A DNA stretch of 64,000 nt from Marsupella aquatica (Eukaryota; Plantae; Marchantiophyta), in assembly GCA_973895155.1 (NCBI GenBank), contig OZ316897.1, forward strand, positions 2,867,416-2,931,415, given 5' to 3'. Positions 37,154 through 50,070 of this stretch are shown one piece after another (the first letter of the stretch is position 1; each line of letters opens with the position of its first letter). Position numbers and translations under genes: made by a program. The notes beneath the pieces are model-generated. The model did no database searches. It worked only from the letters and a program-made list of their open reading frames with translations, and was not told the DNA's origin.

Positions 37154-38610
37154 TCAGGAAGTAGCTTTAAGAGATTGGAGGTGGGTAACGCTGTTCTTCT
37201 GCATCTTGGTCACAAAGAAATCGAGATACGAAAATGGCACATATGTGGCCGGGGTTTCCTTCGTGATGAGCGGAGCGATCGGTTTGATGATATAGTCAGC
37301 CTCAAAACCAGGTGCCGGAAAGCAGAAATAGGCCAATGACATACGACCGGTGTCGTGGTTACTGGTCACTCGGTGAAGAATACTTTTGAATCTACCATTT
37401 GACCAAGCCTACACAATCAACGCCGGGTTAAGTAAGTTGAGAATTATATACGCGTCATCATTTCCAAAATCCGCTAGAACTTGCTGTATTCCGACATATC
37501 TCCTGTGCAAGAGTAAGCTGAAACGCAATCATTACTAACGAGCTAAGAAACCAGCGCAGACATCAATGGGTTCACCAATATCAAAGTTTAACGCGGCGAG
37601 TTCCACTCAGGATACTACATTAGTCTTCGATACCAACTAAGTTCAACGTACCATGTATGTCTACAACTATCAGTAGAACATATGGTGCCTAGTCAATAGG
37701 TTTGCATCTATGCTTGCAACTCAGATGAAGTAGTCAGGCTTGCTCATCTCAACACAGAGATAGCAACGCACCGGGCAATGCACAAAAATAGATAACATAA
37801 TTAGATAAGTACCTGGAGGATGTCTCCAACATTCACAATGAATCCTCCTCTCTGCGGCATGACAGGAATCCATTCTCCGTCCGGATTGATTTCAAGCCCC
37901 TTTTGGCCGTCGCACTGGGTGACGATAGTGAACACACTTGAGTCTTTGTGTGCGTTGAGACCTGTTTCCTCAACTGCGGGCCTCGTACTCTTGGGATAAT
38001 GATGAAAGTTCAAATATCGAGGAACTGTCGCATTTCTGTGGTGTTTCAACCGGATATGTGAGGGTGGAAGTCCAAGACTCTCCGAGAAGACGTCAAGCAA
38101 GTCGTCACCGAATTTACCAAGCTCCGACTTAAGACGTTCCACCCTTTCTCGGTAGCTGACGGGATTGACTGGCCACCAGTTCTTCGTGGAATCGACTTGT
38201 CCGTTGTAGCCATTAGAGTAAGTATCTTCTGGGCGATCTCGGGGTTTCAAATGATAGTCCCGAAACACGATCTCCTCCATTCGGTTCTCTGTGCTCCGGA
38301 GAACGGGAAAGTGCTTGTAGCCTAGCTGGAAGGGGACCAGGAGCTTCTTGTTCTCGTTATCGACCCTCAAACTCAATTTCTCCTCCATGGGGAGGTCGAA
38401 GAACTCCCGATTAGCGGCAAATGCATCGTCCACTACTTCCACAGGTACTCTGGAATTTATGACCTCAAAGAACCCCAGTGTCTCACTTGCTTGTGCTACT
38501 TGTGCACAGATGAAGGAGCGTATGATAGGATCATTTAGCCCACTAAAATCGATAACAGGCACCTTGGAAAACGTCTTGCGTCTTTTCACTGACTCCTCCA
38601 TGACCACCAT
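37154..38610 (-). CDS. 2-oxoglutarate/Fe(II)-dependent dioxygenase (DOXC class), 2 exons (38610-37813, 37408-37154), ~350 aa
   Basis: VPVIDFS, LGFFEVIN, FFDLPMEEK, HxD (AHKDSS), FIVNVGDILQ|AWSNGRFKSILHRV, RMSLAYF. Phase-0 intron at the usual DOXC position. Confidence 0.95.
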
Positions 38611-38847
38611 TTTCAAGAAAGAGACTGTATGAAGAAGAATTGAAGATCGGAGCCGAATCTTGCTGAAACGTTGAAGTCCAACTCGAACGACTGGTGATCG
38701 AGCTCTAATCAGTAGAGGAGCAAATGATTTCACTCTAACTGATCCAGCTGAAGAGAAGCGTGAGCTGCGTTTATAATCACAAGTCGGGAACTTATAGAGT
38801 CACTCCAGCTGAACCACTACTGTAGATTGCACACTTTATTTTGTAAG

Positions 38848-39178
38848 GTGGACTGTAGCACGTTGTCCACCATGGAATCAACGCTTCGATCTCGCAAGGA
38901 ATCGAGAGACTAACTTACAATCCTGGGGACGTTTATGATTTTGTAGTACATGAGCCCAAATACAGTATGTGCGTCACGAGGTATACCTTCGACAGTGCCG
39001 TCTTCGTTTTGGCTAAACTCAAAGTACAGTTTTGGGGTGGGGACCCAAAAATGGGATGTCGGACCCCAAAGGCCCTATTTGTCCCACAAGATTCTATACT
39101 GTCTTTGAATAATACTCAGTATTCTTTGTGTTTGTATACTGTACTGTATCGCAATTTTCTCTTGTTAAGAAGAGGGCA
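38848..39178. promoter_or_regulatory. Upstream block of the 2OGD gene, homologous (inverted) to 49676-49954 upstream of the BAHD gene
   Basis: GTGGACTGTAGCACGTTGTCC..GGAATCAACGCTTCGATCTC..GAGACTAACTTACAATCC..ATGAGCCCAAATACAGTATGTG..AGTGCCGTCTTC aligns with the reverse complement of 49790-49954. Regulatory role is inferred only. Confidence 0.6.
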
Positions 39179-39245
39179 TAAAATGTATAATTGTGAAATA
39201 ATATGTATTTTATATACACATAATATATATCTACATTGTAATTAG

Positions 39246-39890
39246 TAAATTAGTGTGACTAACAGTAATTGGAGGGCGTAAATTTTCAGGGTCAAGTCAC
39301 ACTAATCTTATGCTAACACTATTTGTGCACATGAATTAGTTAGTTTGGACTCAAAGTCATCCAATTTTTACAGTGGAAAAAATTACATTTACATGAATTA
39401 GTTACTTTGTACTCAAGATCATCCAATTTTTACAGTGAAAAACATTATTTTGAAACATGCCAAAAATTAGTGTGACTTGGACTCAAAATTATCTTTAATA
39501 AAGCTAATTTTAATAACACTACACCGTTCACTGTAATTAGTGTTGTGCAAGAATTAGTGTTAGTACAAAATTAATATTACTAACATTAATTTTGGTAAAA
39601 ATAATTTTGAGTCCAAGTAACACTAATTTTTGTCGGTTTTCAAAATGGATTTTTTTCACTTTAGTTTAAATTGCTTGTAAAAAATGTATAATATTTAGTC
39701 CAAAGTAACACTAATTGTTATGTATTTTTCAAAATATTTTTTTTTCTCCATTTTGCCACTCTTAAGACCATAGTAACACTAATTCATGCGCGCAAAAATA
39801 GTGCTAGCACAAAATTAGTGTGACTAACACTAATTGGCAAGTAGACCCTGAAAATGGGCGCTCTCAAATTAGTGTTAGTGACACTAATTA
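39246..39890. mobile_element. Foldback/MITE-like element with long imperfect TIRs
   Basis: AATTAGTGTGACTAACAGTAATTGGAGGGCG..TTTTCAGGGTC mirrors GACCCTGAAAATGGGCGCTCTCAAATTAGTGTTAGTGACACTAATT. Internal ACACTAATT repeats. Confidence 0.75.
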
Positions 39891-41769
39891 CGTTATCATT
39901 CTTGCATAACACTTATTACTGTGAAGAATGTAGGTCAGTTCATAATAAATTATTGTGGGAGAGAAAATTACAACTGAATGTGACATCATTTAATTTCTTT
40001 GTTTCTCATGCTCTTTGTATTCTTTTGCTTTTTTGTGAATTTCTGTTTGGGAGGCGTAGGGACACTAACCTAGGTCAGGAGGACAACTTCTTTGAATGGA
40101 CTTGTTTTACTAATTTTAGAGTGGAGTATTAAGGGTACTTCAAAGGGAGGGATAAAAAAATACAAGCCTATTGGTTTTTGAGAATTTAAATTTATATTTT
40201 CTTTCCTCCTTGTTGGGTGGGCTGGGCTGGTAGATTAAGGGTATTTAACAGGATGTTCAAAAAACACAGGAAGAGGGTTTGTTTTAGAAATCTTTATTTA
40301 TTTAAGATTATGTTTATTTTTTCTTTACATTCTTGGAAGAGGGAGCGGACACAGGTAGATAAATATAAGTCCAAATTTGTTTGCGGACCCTAATCTCCTG
40401 ACTCCCTTTAGCTGTTCTTCAATTCAATAGGAGAGATGGGTCATTGGAAATATCTTAAGTTCTCTCGTCTCCAAATGACTGCCTAACTATCAACCTAGGG
40501 CCATTTCACTTTGGGGACCGAGTTTGTCTGAAAATGACGTTAGGTTTGAATGTTGCCTTGTTTGAATATTGGCCAATGTGAGATGACCAATTCATCATTT
40601 TTGTACCTTTTGTACTAAATGTATGACAGGTTAACAGTCAAAACCAAAGACAACGTCCACAACCAGAATGCCATGGTGTTCTGTTTGGATGAAGACAGTT
40701 GGTCCAGGCAGACTTTACTGTCAGATATATGGACTATTGGTACACTTTATAGACAATATTTAGGTCTCAAGATGACCCTTACTTGGGGAGAGAATTGGAG
40801 AGATAAAGTTGTAACACAACGGGGCAAAAAGAAATGAGGGGAGCATTGAGTTCCTTTTTCTGGAGAGAGGGATTATTTAATTTGTTTTTTGTTGTTTGTT
40901 TCTGGTAGCTAGGGCGGGGGAATGGGCAGGGGAATGGGTCTAGCAATATTGGACTTTTAGTGTCAGTGATTAGTTTTAATTTTTTTCCTCCTTTTAGAGT
41001 GGAGTATTAAGGGTGTTTTCAATGAGAGTGACACAAAAGGACTCGGGAGAGGAGCCATTTTGCTTTAATTTTCCCCTTTTTCTTGGGAGAGGGGGCAGGT
41101 ACTGATGAACTATATCTTTAATGCGTGCTTTAATGGGATGATTTTTTAGTGTGTCCTTTAAGGGGAAATTTTTAAGTAAATATGAAAGGGGATTATTCTT
41201 AATTTCCCTACCAAGTCGTCAGTTGTGTATCAAATAGGTAATCATTTATCTCATTGTCGGGTATGAGGCTCAAGGATCCTTTTCTGAGTAAGCAAATGAC
41301 CTTGAGACTAGAAATACGCCCAACATTGTAATCTAGCAAAAGTATTAGAACTACTTTTCTTCTTAACACAACCAGGTGTGTTATGGGGTGCATCACTAGG
41401 TTCAGATTACCCTGCACTAACCACCTAGGTCAAGGTTGGGGTACATTGGCAAGAGTACATAAAGATGAAAATTGTTCCCAATAAATCAAACCCAAAATGT
41501 TCAAACTAAGGTAAAGTTCATGGGTATGATCAATGTGAAATCCCAAGCATTTCTCTGTGCCTCATCCACACTAAATATACTTCTTTGCCCAATAGATACA
41601 TGAACACAAAACGATTTAGTGTTGCTACTACATGATGGCACACCCTTAGACTCCACAACAAATTAGTTTGTCCTTTTTTATTTATATTTTTTAAAATTCT
41701 CATCCACCCTTCCTTTCAGGTAACAAACTATGGAATAATACCGTCCAGTAGTACTATATGGGTTAACAT

Positions 41770-43402
41770 AGAGAGTGATCTGGGAAATTTTGGCATCGTG
41801 GGACTATATGCTTCAAATGAGTTGGCTATTGGTTCTTGCCTTTGGCCAGCGCTGTTGCTATCACTAAGAGGCACTAATTGGATAATCTCAGGTGAATATT
41901 ATATGACTGAAAAGGAGAATGACTCTGTTGCTAGCCACTCCTCCCTACTCTCAGCTTCTGAATTAGTAGCGTGGAGGGACCTCAAATGAAGATTTGACTT
42001 ATATGATGTTCTAAAGATATAACCAATTCTTTCTATGGCACCAATTCTTTCTATGGCTCCCGGTTCACTTGGCGGAGAGATAGTACCCTCAATGGCGTCC
42101 TACAGTCGAGGCTAGACAAATTTTATCTGAGCAATCGGGGGTCCTGGATGGATCAAGTTATATCTCTTGTCCACCATCACGACCGGCCTCTCTCTGATCA
42201 CTGCCCAGTATCAATGTCTTGTTTTGTAAACAAAGTAAATAACAATCATAGTCTGGTTAACAGGTTCTCTTATTTCAAAGCTAACGGTCCACCGGTACTG
42301 CGGAACGAACACAACCTTCTACTCTTAGAACAGGCATGGCAGAATCACTCACCAGACACCACAGATCCAATCACTTCTTTCTTCTTGGCGAGCAAGAGGC
42401 TTCGTAAAAAATACCAACTCAGTCAATCTAGACAAACAGCAAAACAAATATCTACAAACTAAGGCACTCTGGTTGAAAAGTTGTCCTGAAAGTTGTCTCT
42501 TAGAATGTTAGCTGACGTGTCTAATCCCAGTACCCCCTCACTGATTTACAGGAAGCTGAAACTGCTCTTTGAGACTCGGAGTTTCATGATGCTATCGACT
42601 CACGTAGGAAGTCCCGGATCTGCTGGCTCGGGATAGGGGAGGCTTCCACCAAATTTTTCGTTCAAATTATCAAGATATAGCAGCAACAGGACACTATTTC
42701 TAACCTAAGACTGCAGGATGGCTCTTATACTTCTGATCGCAATCAGATTCTTATCGAGGTAGGCAATTTTTACCGGTCGCTATACTCCCCTGACGCTCCG
42801 GAAGCTGAGATAAACATAATAGCCCAGAGGAAAATTCTTGGATTCACGTCCTCTCATCTATCTACCTCTGACTCTCTATTCTTAGATTCCACACCGTCTA
42901 TCGCAGAACTTCTTAGTGCAGCACAACATGTTCAGAAAAACAAGGCCTCGGGTATCAACGGCCTCACCATTGAGGTGTTTTGGGGATACTGGGACTTCAT
43001 CACTCTAGGTTTCCATGCTATATATGCTCGTATCATTCTGGCAGGATGGGATCTCTGGGCCCTCAGTCTTAACTAATACATGGAGGACGTGCGAACACTC
43101 GAAGGGTAGTTTTTATTCATTTTGAACTAATAATTATAATTATTACCGGTAATAAGAGAACTTTTAATAGTAAAATGAAAATAACAAGGAGTAAACACAA
43201 AAAGGGCCCGATCACAGGGAGGTCCACTTCTTTTACACAGAGTGAGGGCCTAGGGGATGGGATCGTGCTGCCCAGATTTCTAGAAGGAGTTATCAAACTT
43301 GTCCCTAAATCCAATGACAAATCATTGTTGTCCAACTGGCGGCCGATTACTCTCCTCAACATTTCATACAAAATTGTTGCTAAACTAATAGCCAGCCGGA
43401 CT
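41770..43402 (+). pseudogene. Degenerate non-LTR retrotransposon (L1/Tx1-like) ORF2: APE endonuclease and start of RT
   Basis: FTWRR..SRLDKFY..SDHCPV, NKASGINGLTIE, EGVIKLVPK..NWRPITLLNISYKIVAK. Many stops and frameshifts. Confidence 0.85.
43053..43255. mobile_element. 203-bp MITE inserted in the LINE RT
   Basis: TIR CTCTGGGCCCTCA / TGAGGGCCTAGGG, perfect 8-bp TSD GATGGGAT. Confidence 0.85.
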
Positions 43403-46400
43403 GGTAAGTTTCTCCCTGTCGTCCAGGTGGAGCATAGGGAAGCAACATTCAAACCCAAGCCAGTATGTATCCGGACCAGTCTTCTCCCTTGATGAGTGCT
43501 GTGTTTGGTTTAAGAGGAGTAGATTACACTTTAGAACTAGTTAACTATCATCTTTCAAGGGAACCTTTCTATAGCCCTGGGTTACAAGGCCTTACACAAA
43601 TAAAGACATTTGCACATCAATGTAACTGAATAATGTCCCCCCATCACTTTGGACCAGGGGTTTAAATACTTACAATCTGTCCTAAGAATGGGGCAATGGC
43701 CGCCATGATCCTAACGAGCTACTCTCTTCTTCCCAACCTAGTCCTATTCATCAATCCTTCCACCTCCTTGTAAAACAGGCGGCAACCCTAATTCTCTTTC
43801 GTGCATGGCCTCCCACTCGGTTATCTCTGCGTCCCTTGCTGCCACTGCTTCAATGCGACGGCGAGCCAGCGCTGGCGAGACCTTTCATTTTGCTGTCTTA
43901 GACGTCATTCTTCCCTTTCCCCCAGCGTCTCGCCCGCTATCACCCACCAGTTGTGGTATTCTTCCTAAATGGTAGGACTTAATTGAAGTAGTGGATCAAT
44001 CCAGACGAGCAGGCGAGGTTGACGTAGATCTTAATGGGGAAATTAATGAAGTGTAAAGGTATGATTATGTGGAAGCTGTTTAGCTGGGCAGGACCAGCAG
44101 CCGCTCGAATGTACAACCTATTAATTGATGGCGAGTTCTTGAAAGGGGAGGACCCCATAATTAGATGCAGAGGACCACCAGCGCCAACTCAAACGTATCT
44201 TATGGTGTACACCCAACCCTGACACCGTGGATGAGGGGATTGAGCTTGAGGACGAAGAAAAAAACTTTTCTAGCATGAGGGCAGGAAAACGCCCCCGTTC
44301 ACCATCTATATCCTCTCCCTTTCAGGAACCCATGCATGGCAGGTTTCAGGTGTGAACACTGACTTCTCAAATATCACTTTTGACAACTCACTATATCTAC
44401 TATCTTCTTTTATCTTTAGACTTAAGTCTATCTCAACCTGTTCTAGACACCAGATGTATTATCATTCTTATCTCTTAAATCACATCATGACATGTTAACC
44501 ACTATATAATAAGGGACCCCACCAAATCACTCCCCTTGCCTATTTACAAAATTGAAACAGTAGTGAACAAGACATCTAGCAGATAATTATATTAATTTTC
44601 AGAGTAGTTTGAAATTCTTGGACCAGCCAAAAATATATGGGTGCCCAAAGTGATGTCATTGCTTCTACACTAGGGTACAAGTTTGTTATTAATACTACGC
44701 GCATATACTTAAAATTATACTTAACCTCTTTAACAAGGGATCATGCCTATTCCATCCTACTGTCTCTTTACAAACTTGAAAGGGCTGTCTGTTTACAAAC
44801 TTGAAGGGCCACTATGCAGTCTGATGTTTTCCACTGAGGCATTTTGACTTTTTTTTAGATTGCCGGCAAAAGGATACTCAAGGGGATATACTTGCTTTTA
44901 AAGTAACTAAGATATAAGTACAGATGCTTGTTCAACTATATATATAGCTTGATGCTTAGTGTGTTGGAGATCCCTGATTGTCAAGGTGAGTCATAGAATT
45001 GCACATGAGGCAACTGAAGGAAGTTGTTGAGAATCTGTGTTATTGCGGCCATGCATGTTGTCATTGCAACCATGTTGTCGGTAATGTAAGTTTAGTGTCT
45101 GAAAAATATGCATTGAATCTGAATATAAGTCAACCATCATCAGAATCATCACAACTAATTGGGGAATGAATACATAACCGATGAGATGTTCCCGAGGAGA
45201 TGCTTAAGTAAAGATATGAGTACAATTTTGTACCCTGTTCAATGCGAATGATGGGATCCAAACATTCATTACTCTTAAAGGCCTGCTTAAAGGGTTTAGT
45301 TATACTTAATTACTTATATAGCCCAATGCCCATGTGTTGCACAATGGTCATTGTGCCCATGTACGTAGTCACTAGTGTGACAATGCTTGTCAATTATGCA
45401 CAAATGTCAATGGCAAAAATATAGATTGGAGGCAAGGAAATATATGGTGTCATTCCAGCTGTTATCTATGCAACCGAAGTATCATTGCTTTGGTAGCTTG
45501 GGGGGGGTGGGGGGAATCACTTTATGGAGGACCATACATCACATACAATGTTTTAGGGCTTGACCCCCTAACTTTAAAGAAAATATTTTTTACAATTAAA
45601 TAGCCTGTGTGTTTTTTAAAGCCAACCCAGTCAATAAAACATGCCCTATGTGTTCTTCCACAAAACTTTGGAAGTCTTTCGCCACACACATTTAAATGGG
45701 CCTATACTTTGTTGCATGGGATGTGCCACTTCCATGGAAGTGACCCCCCCCAGTTTGGTAGGGTGATTGTTGTTGCGATCAGAGCGATTGTTTTTAGTTA
45801 ATGTTGTTGCTGAAAAGTGAGCGATGCACGGTGAATTGGGAGGGCAAGAGCAGGGGCGTGGAGGACAGGGGATCGATGCAAGGCAGGGAACAACATTTGG
45901 ATAGGCATGAACATGGGGTCCAGGCTCCTAGCCAGGCTCATGAATCTCACTTCTGCAAAACCAGCATATATCATGTGCTAGAAGCCTATGGTTGTTTATT
46001 TGATTTGGAGGGAAAACTTAAGAAAATTGTTTAAGAAAATCAGGGTCTTTTAAGTAGTTTGTGGACCCTAACTTGCTTTAAAGCTTATGAGAAAACTTAT
46101 AAATGCACGTCTAGCTCAAGCACCACCCTTGTCTAAGCTAAGCAAACCTCTTTTCCTACCTTATTAAGCAGGCCTTGATGTCATTGTTAGCAATTGAATG
46201 TAGTCTCTTGCACCCTCTGACCTTCCAGCTATTTTTCCCCAATCCCATCTCACATTTTTCTCTTTTCTTGAATCAATTCCCTTCAATTCTTCTATGCATT
46301 GATTATAGTGTAGGGTCATTGGCAAGTTTTGGGAAATCCACTTTTTGTCAAATTTAAGGGGGTCCCAAAGCTAGGAAACATATGTACAATGTAAAAAACT

Positions 46401-49400
46401 CCCAAATAGACTTGAGACAAATAAATCATCATGGCTATAAAATACTTTGGTGCATTTTCAAATGCTAATGTACATTGGTAGCACAGAAACAACATCATTA
46501 AATCCCCAAAAGAACACCAGGAAGAACAAATGACCAACTTACAGTCATTTAAAGTGCACACCGTCATGGTTAATCGATAATAATTATTTTCATTTGTTAA
46601 TCTGAGAAATAGAATAACATGTATCTTTTCTTGTGACCATTGTCAACCATACTTTTTGTTAGCAAATGATCAGTGACAAGCATCACTCAATCGACAGATG
46701 AAACGGCTAAAGTTAGTCATCATTGTTTGATCCTCCTCCCACCCCCCTCTATTTGTTATTTGACATGTTAATTCCCCTTTTCCTAACTAAGTTCTTATTA
46801 CCACTAGGTTAACTGTTTTTGCTGGCGTTGTAACAAACATAAATTGTGTTTGAATGTTTGTTGCATTCTTGTGGCGGAAATCACTTAGTGGCACAACCAC
46901 AAGAAAGGGATTTTGCAACAGCTACTGTAGACTTGTCATGGGCTAGGTAAATACAATTTCGAGAGTTTAAAGGAAAGATAGGGTTTAAAACCCAAATTTT
47001 GGAAAATTCCAAATTAAGAGGGGTAAACCAATTCAGAATATTTTTTCTTAAGTTGGGGCTGTACCCAACATAAAGGCATGGCAGGTATTGTGGGGGCTCC
47101 ATATATGAGACCCCATGCCAAGGTCTAGCCGGAGCTGTGCAATGCTATATAGAGGGAGAACATTTTCACTTTCTTTTGCTTCTTACTTTCCCCCCATCAT
47201 CAATTTGTTTCCTACCACTCTCCCTTGCTCTCCCTCCCTCACCCTCCCTCTTTTTCTTTCCTCAAACACGATTAGAAAAGAGAAGAGAAAAAGTTGGGAA
47301 GAAAAGACAAAATCAATCCTCAACACACGAAAAATCTCTTCTTAAGAACAAAAGCCAACAATCATTTATCTCATGTCAATCTACTTCCCCTAGCTCCATG
47401 CCAAAAATCCCAGATCAATCCGTTTCACTCTAATCCCTGATGCCAAAAAGTACTCTATGCATTGGTTACAGTGTAGCCAGCACAGTTATGTACCTTGTAC
47501 CCTAGCACATGCATTGTACCTTCCATTCTACTAAAAACAATCTTAGGTACCCACTCTTCAATCAATCCAAGAATGTCAAATAACCCTGGACAACATTTGA
47601 CGATAGAGAAGTGTCCCTTCCTTTTTTGATTTTATTAGCAGACCATGAGAAATGATTTGGCCGAATCCCTTATTATAAATGGTCCGTTGATACCAATATA
47701 GACTAACTTCTCGCTATATGCCAGTACATAGTTGACTTTGTAGTGAATACATGGAAAGTACGTTGGCATGAAATGATTTTGGTAGGTTTTTGGCTTTTTG
47801 CTATGGAGGAGGGGAATTTTCGTTTTTGGGGTGATCGATGTCCTCCCATTTCTTTCTCCTTTTCTTAATTGTGTGCCCGATTGAGTGTGGGAAGAAAAGG
47901 GGGAGGGAGAGGGACTGGCAAGCCAGAGAGGGTGAGGGAGGGAAAGCAGGAGAAGAGAAAGGACCCATGATACCCCAGCTGCCGTTCCCTTTATTGTATA
48001 TTATAAATCTCAGTTTAAGCTAAGGGGGTAAGTATCAAAATTAAATTAAATCCAAGAAATACAAGAGATGCACCCGTACTATAGCATGTTCTCCCAGAAC
48101 ATGCCTCATGTTTTGTCTTATTGTGATATATAATTAGTCTAACAAATTATGACAAACAAAGAGAGGTTAGAGAGTTATTGTAGAATACTTGCCAAGAATA
48201 TAATCTTTCTTAATTAAGAGTGAGTGAAATAATACTCAAAACATATATACACATGCAAAGAAAAGCATACAATGATCACCAAAGTACAAAGGTAATGAAG
48301 AGTTGTGCACGTGAGTTCTCACGTGCTTCGAGGTAATAATCGTCAACTCAATTAAAACCATAAATTTTGCAAAAGAAACGAGGAGGGGAAGTAAATAGAC
48401 CAGATGTGCACATTAATTATCCAAAAATATTTCTTTCATTCTCATGAGAAAGGATAGAAATTACTAAGGAGTTATTGAAAAGGAAAGATGAAAGATGAGG
48501 GGAGCCAAAATAAATTCAAAATACTCTAAGGTAACTAAAATTAAAAGGGGTCCAAAAATTAAGTCAAATATTATTCATACGAATGATTCACCTTGTTAAG
48601 GTGCATATATTAAAACTAAAATACTAGACACAAAATCTGAATAAGACAAAAACATGAAAGTTAGATTCACAATATATGTCAAAATTGTGTGGAGGAGAAG
48701 ATGTTAGAAAAATCTATTATCAAAAATATATACTATGTTAATTTATTACAACAGCCCTCTAATGGGGTCTGTAGCTAGGAGGTACTAATTCCAATGGTAC
48801 CCCATTAGAGGTACTGTAAATAATTGGCCCACTTCTCGGGCAGCAAGTTGCCAGCCATAGAAGAGATATAGAAGAACAACACTCCTATTATAAGCCATAG
48901 AAGGTGAGCCAAAGATGACATATACAAGGACCAACACTCACTGTTATAAAAGAACAATCTGATTTATGGTTAAACCTGTGGTCACTTGCAAAGCAGCACA
49001 ATATGCGGCGGCACTCGCCTCCCCCAACTTCAATGCTGTGTGTGCCTTTAGCTCTTAAACCATTTTGACTGGCTTCTTCACTTTACACTCAATGGAGCTT
49101 GAGCAAACCCTCCAATTGCATGAATAATTACAATCCAAAGCGAGCTTCCGGGTAACAGCTTTGGGATTTGGGACGGGCAGGATATGGGACCCCAAGCAGG
49201 GAACGTGAATGTTCTGTTGATTTAACCCAATATATTATAACCATCCTGAGATGACCTACAATAGGTATTTAACCCAATATACAATTATAACCAATTATGA
49301 GCTAATCTACAATATACACTTTACATATTATGTATATACAATACATGATATTTCATTGACAATATATTTGGCTGAACTATGTTCAGCTATGTGATGGGGG

Positions 49401-49675
49401 CCCGAAAAAAGCCCCCAAGATACTTTTGTAAAAAATACATACGAACTACAATACTCGATTACAATACTGGACTTCTATACAAATTCCCTTGTTCTAAAGA
49501 GATAAAAACAAAATACAATGTATTGTATACAGTTTGCATTCAGGCAACCAATATCATGATGGCTTACTTAGGCAGAGAAAAGAGATGTCTTTGGTCTTTC
49601 CTTCATTCTTTTGTTCTTTTTCACTTTGTCCTTCCTAATGTGACCAAACCGTCTTTGGTCAGGAGCCTCGTTTAT

Positions 49676-49954
49676 GTCTCTTCCTAACAAGAGAAAGTGT
49701 AATATAGTACGGTAGTCACAAAGAATATTGTGTATTCTTCAAAGACCGTATAAAAAATTTGGACCTATTTTTGGCCAGAAAACGCCAAAAAGAAGACGGC
49801 ACTAAGGTACACGTAATGGAGCACATACTGTATTTGGGCTCATGCATTACAAAATTATAAACGCCCCCTGGATTGTAAGTTAGTCTCTCGATTGAGTCGA
49901 TTCCTTGTGAGATCGAAGCGTTGATTCCAAGGCGGACAACGTGCTACAGTCCAC
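49676..49954. promoter_or_regulatory. Upstream block of the BAHD gene, inverted homolog of 38848-39178
   Basis: Direct alignment with the 2OGD upstream block. It ends ~117 bp before the BAHD ATG. Confidence 0.6.
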
Positions 49955-50070
49955 GATCTCTTGGCTGCTCATTCGTCAGGGCAAACTGTTATGCAACGAA
50001 GACTTGTCGGGGAACACAATGACGACGGTATGATTGTCTGAGAAGACCTCGTTCGACATTTCACTCTGAA

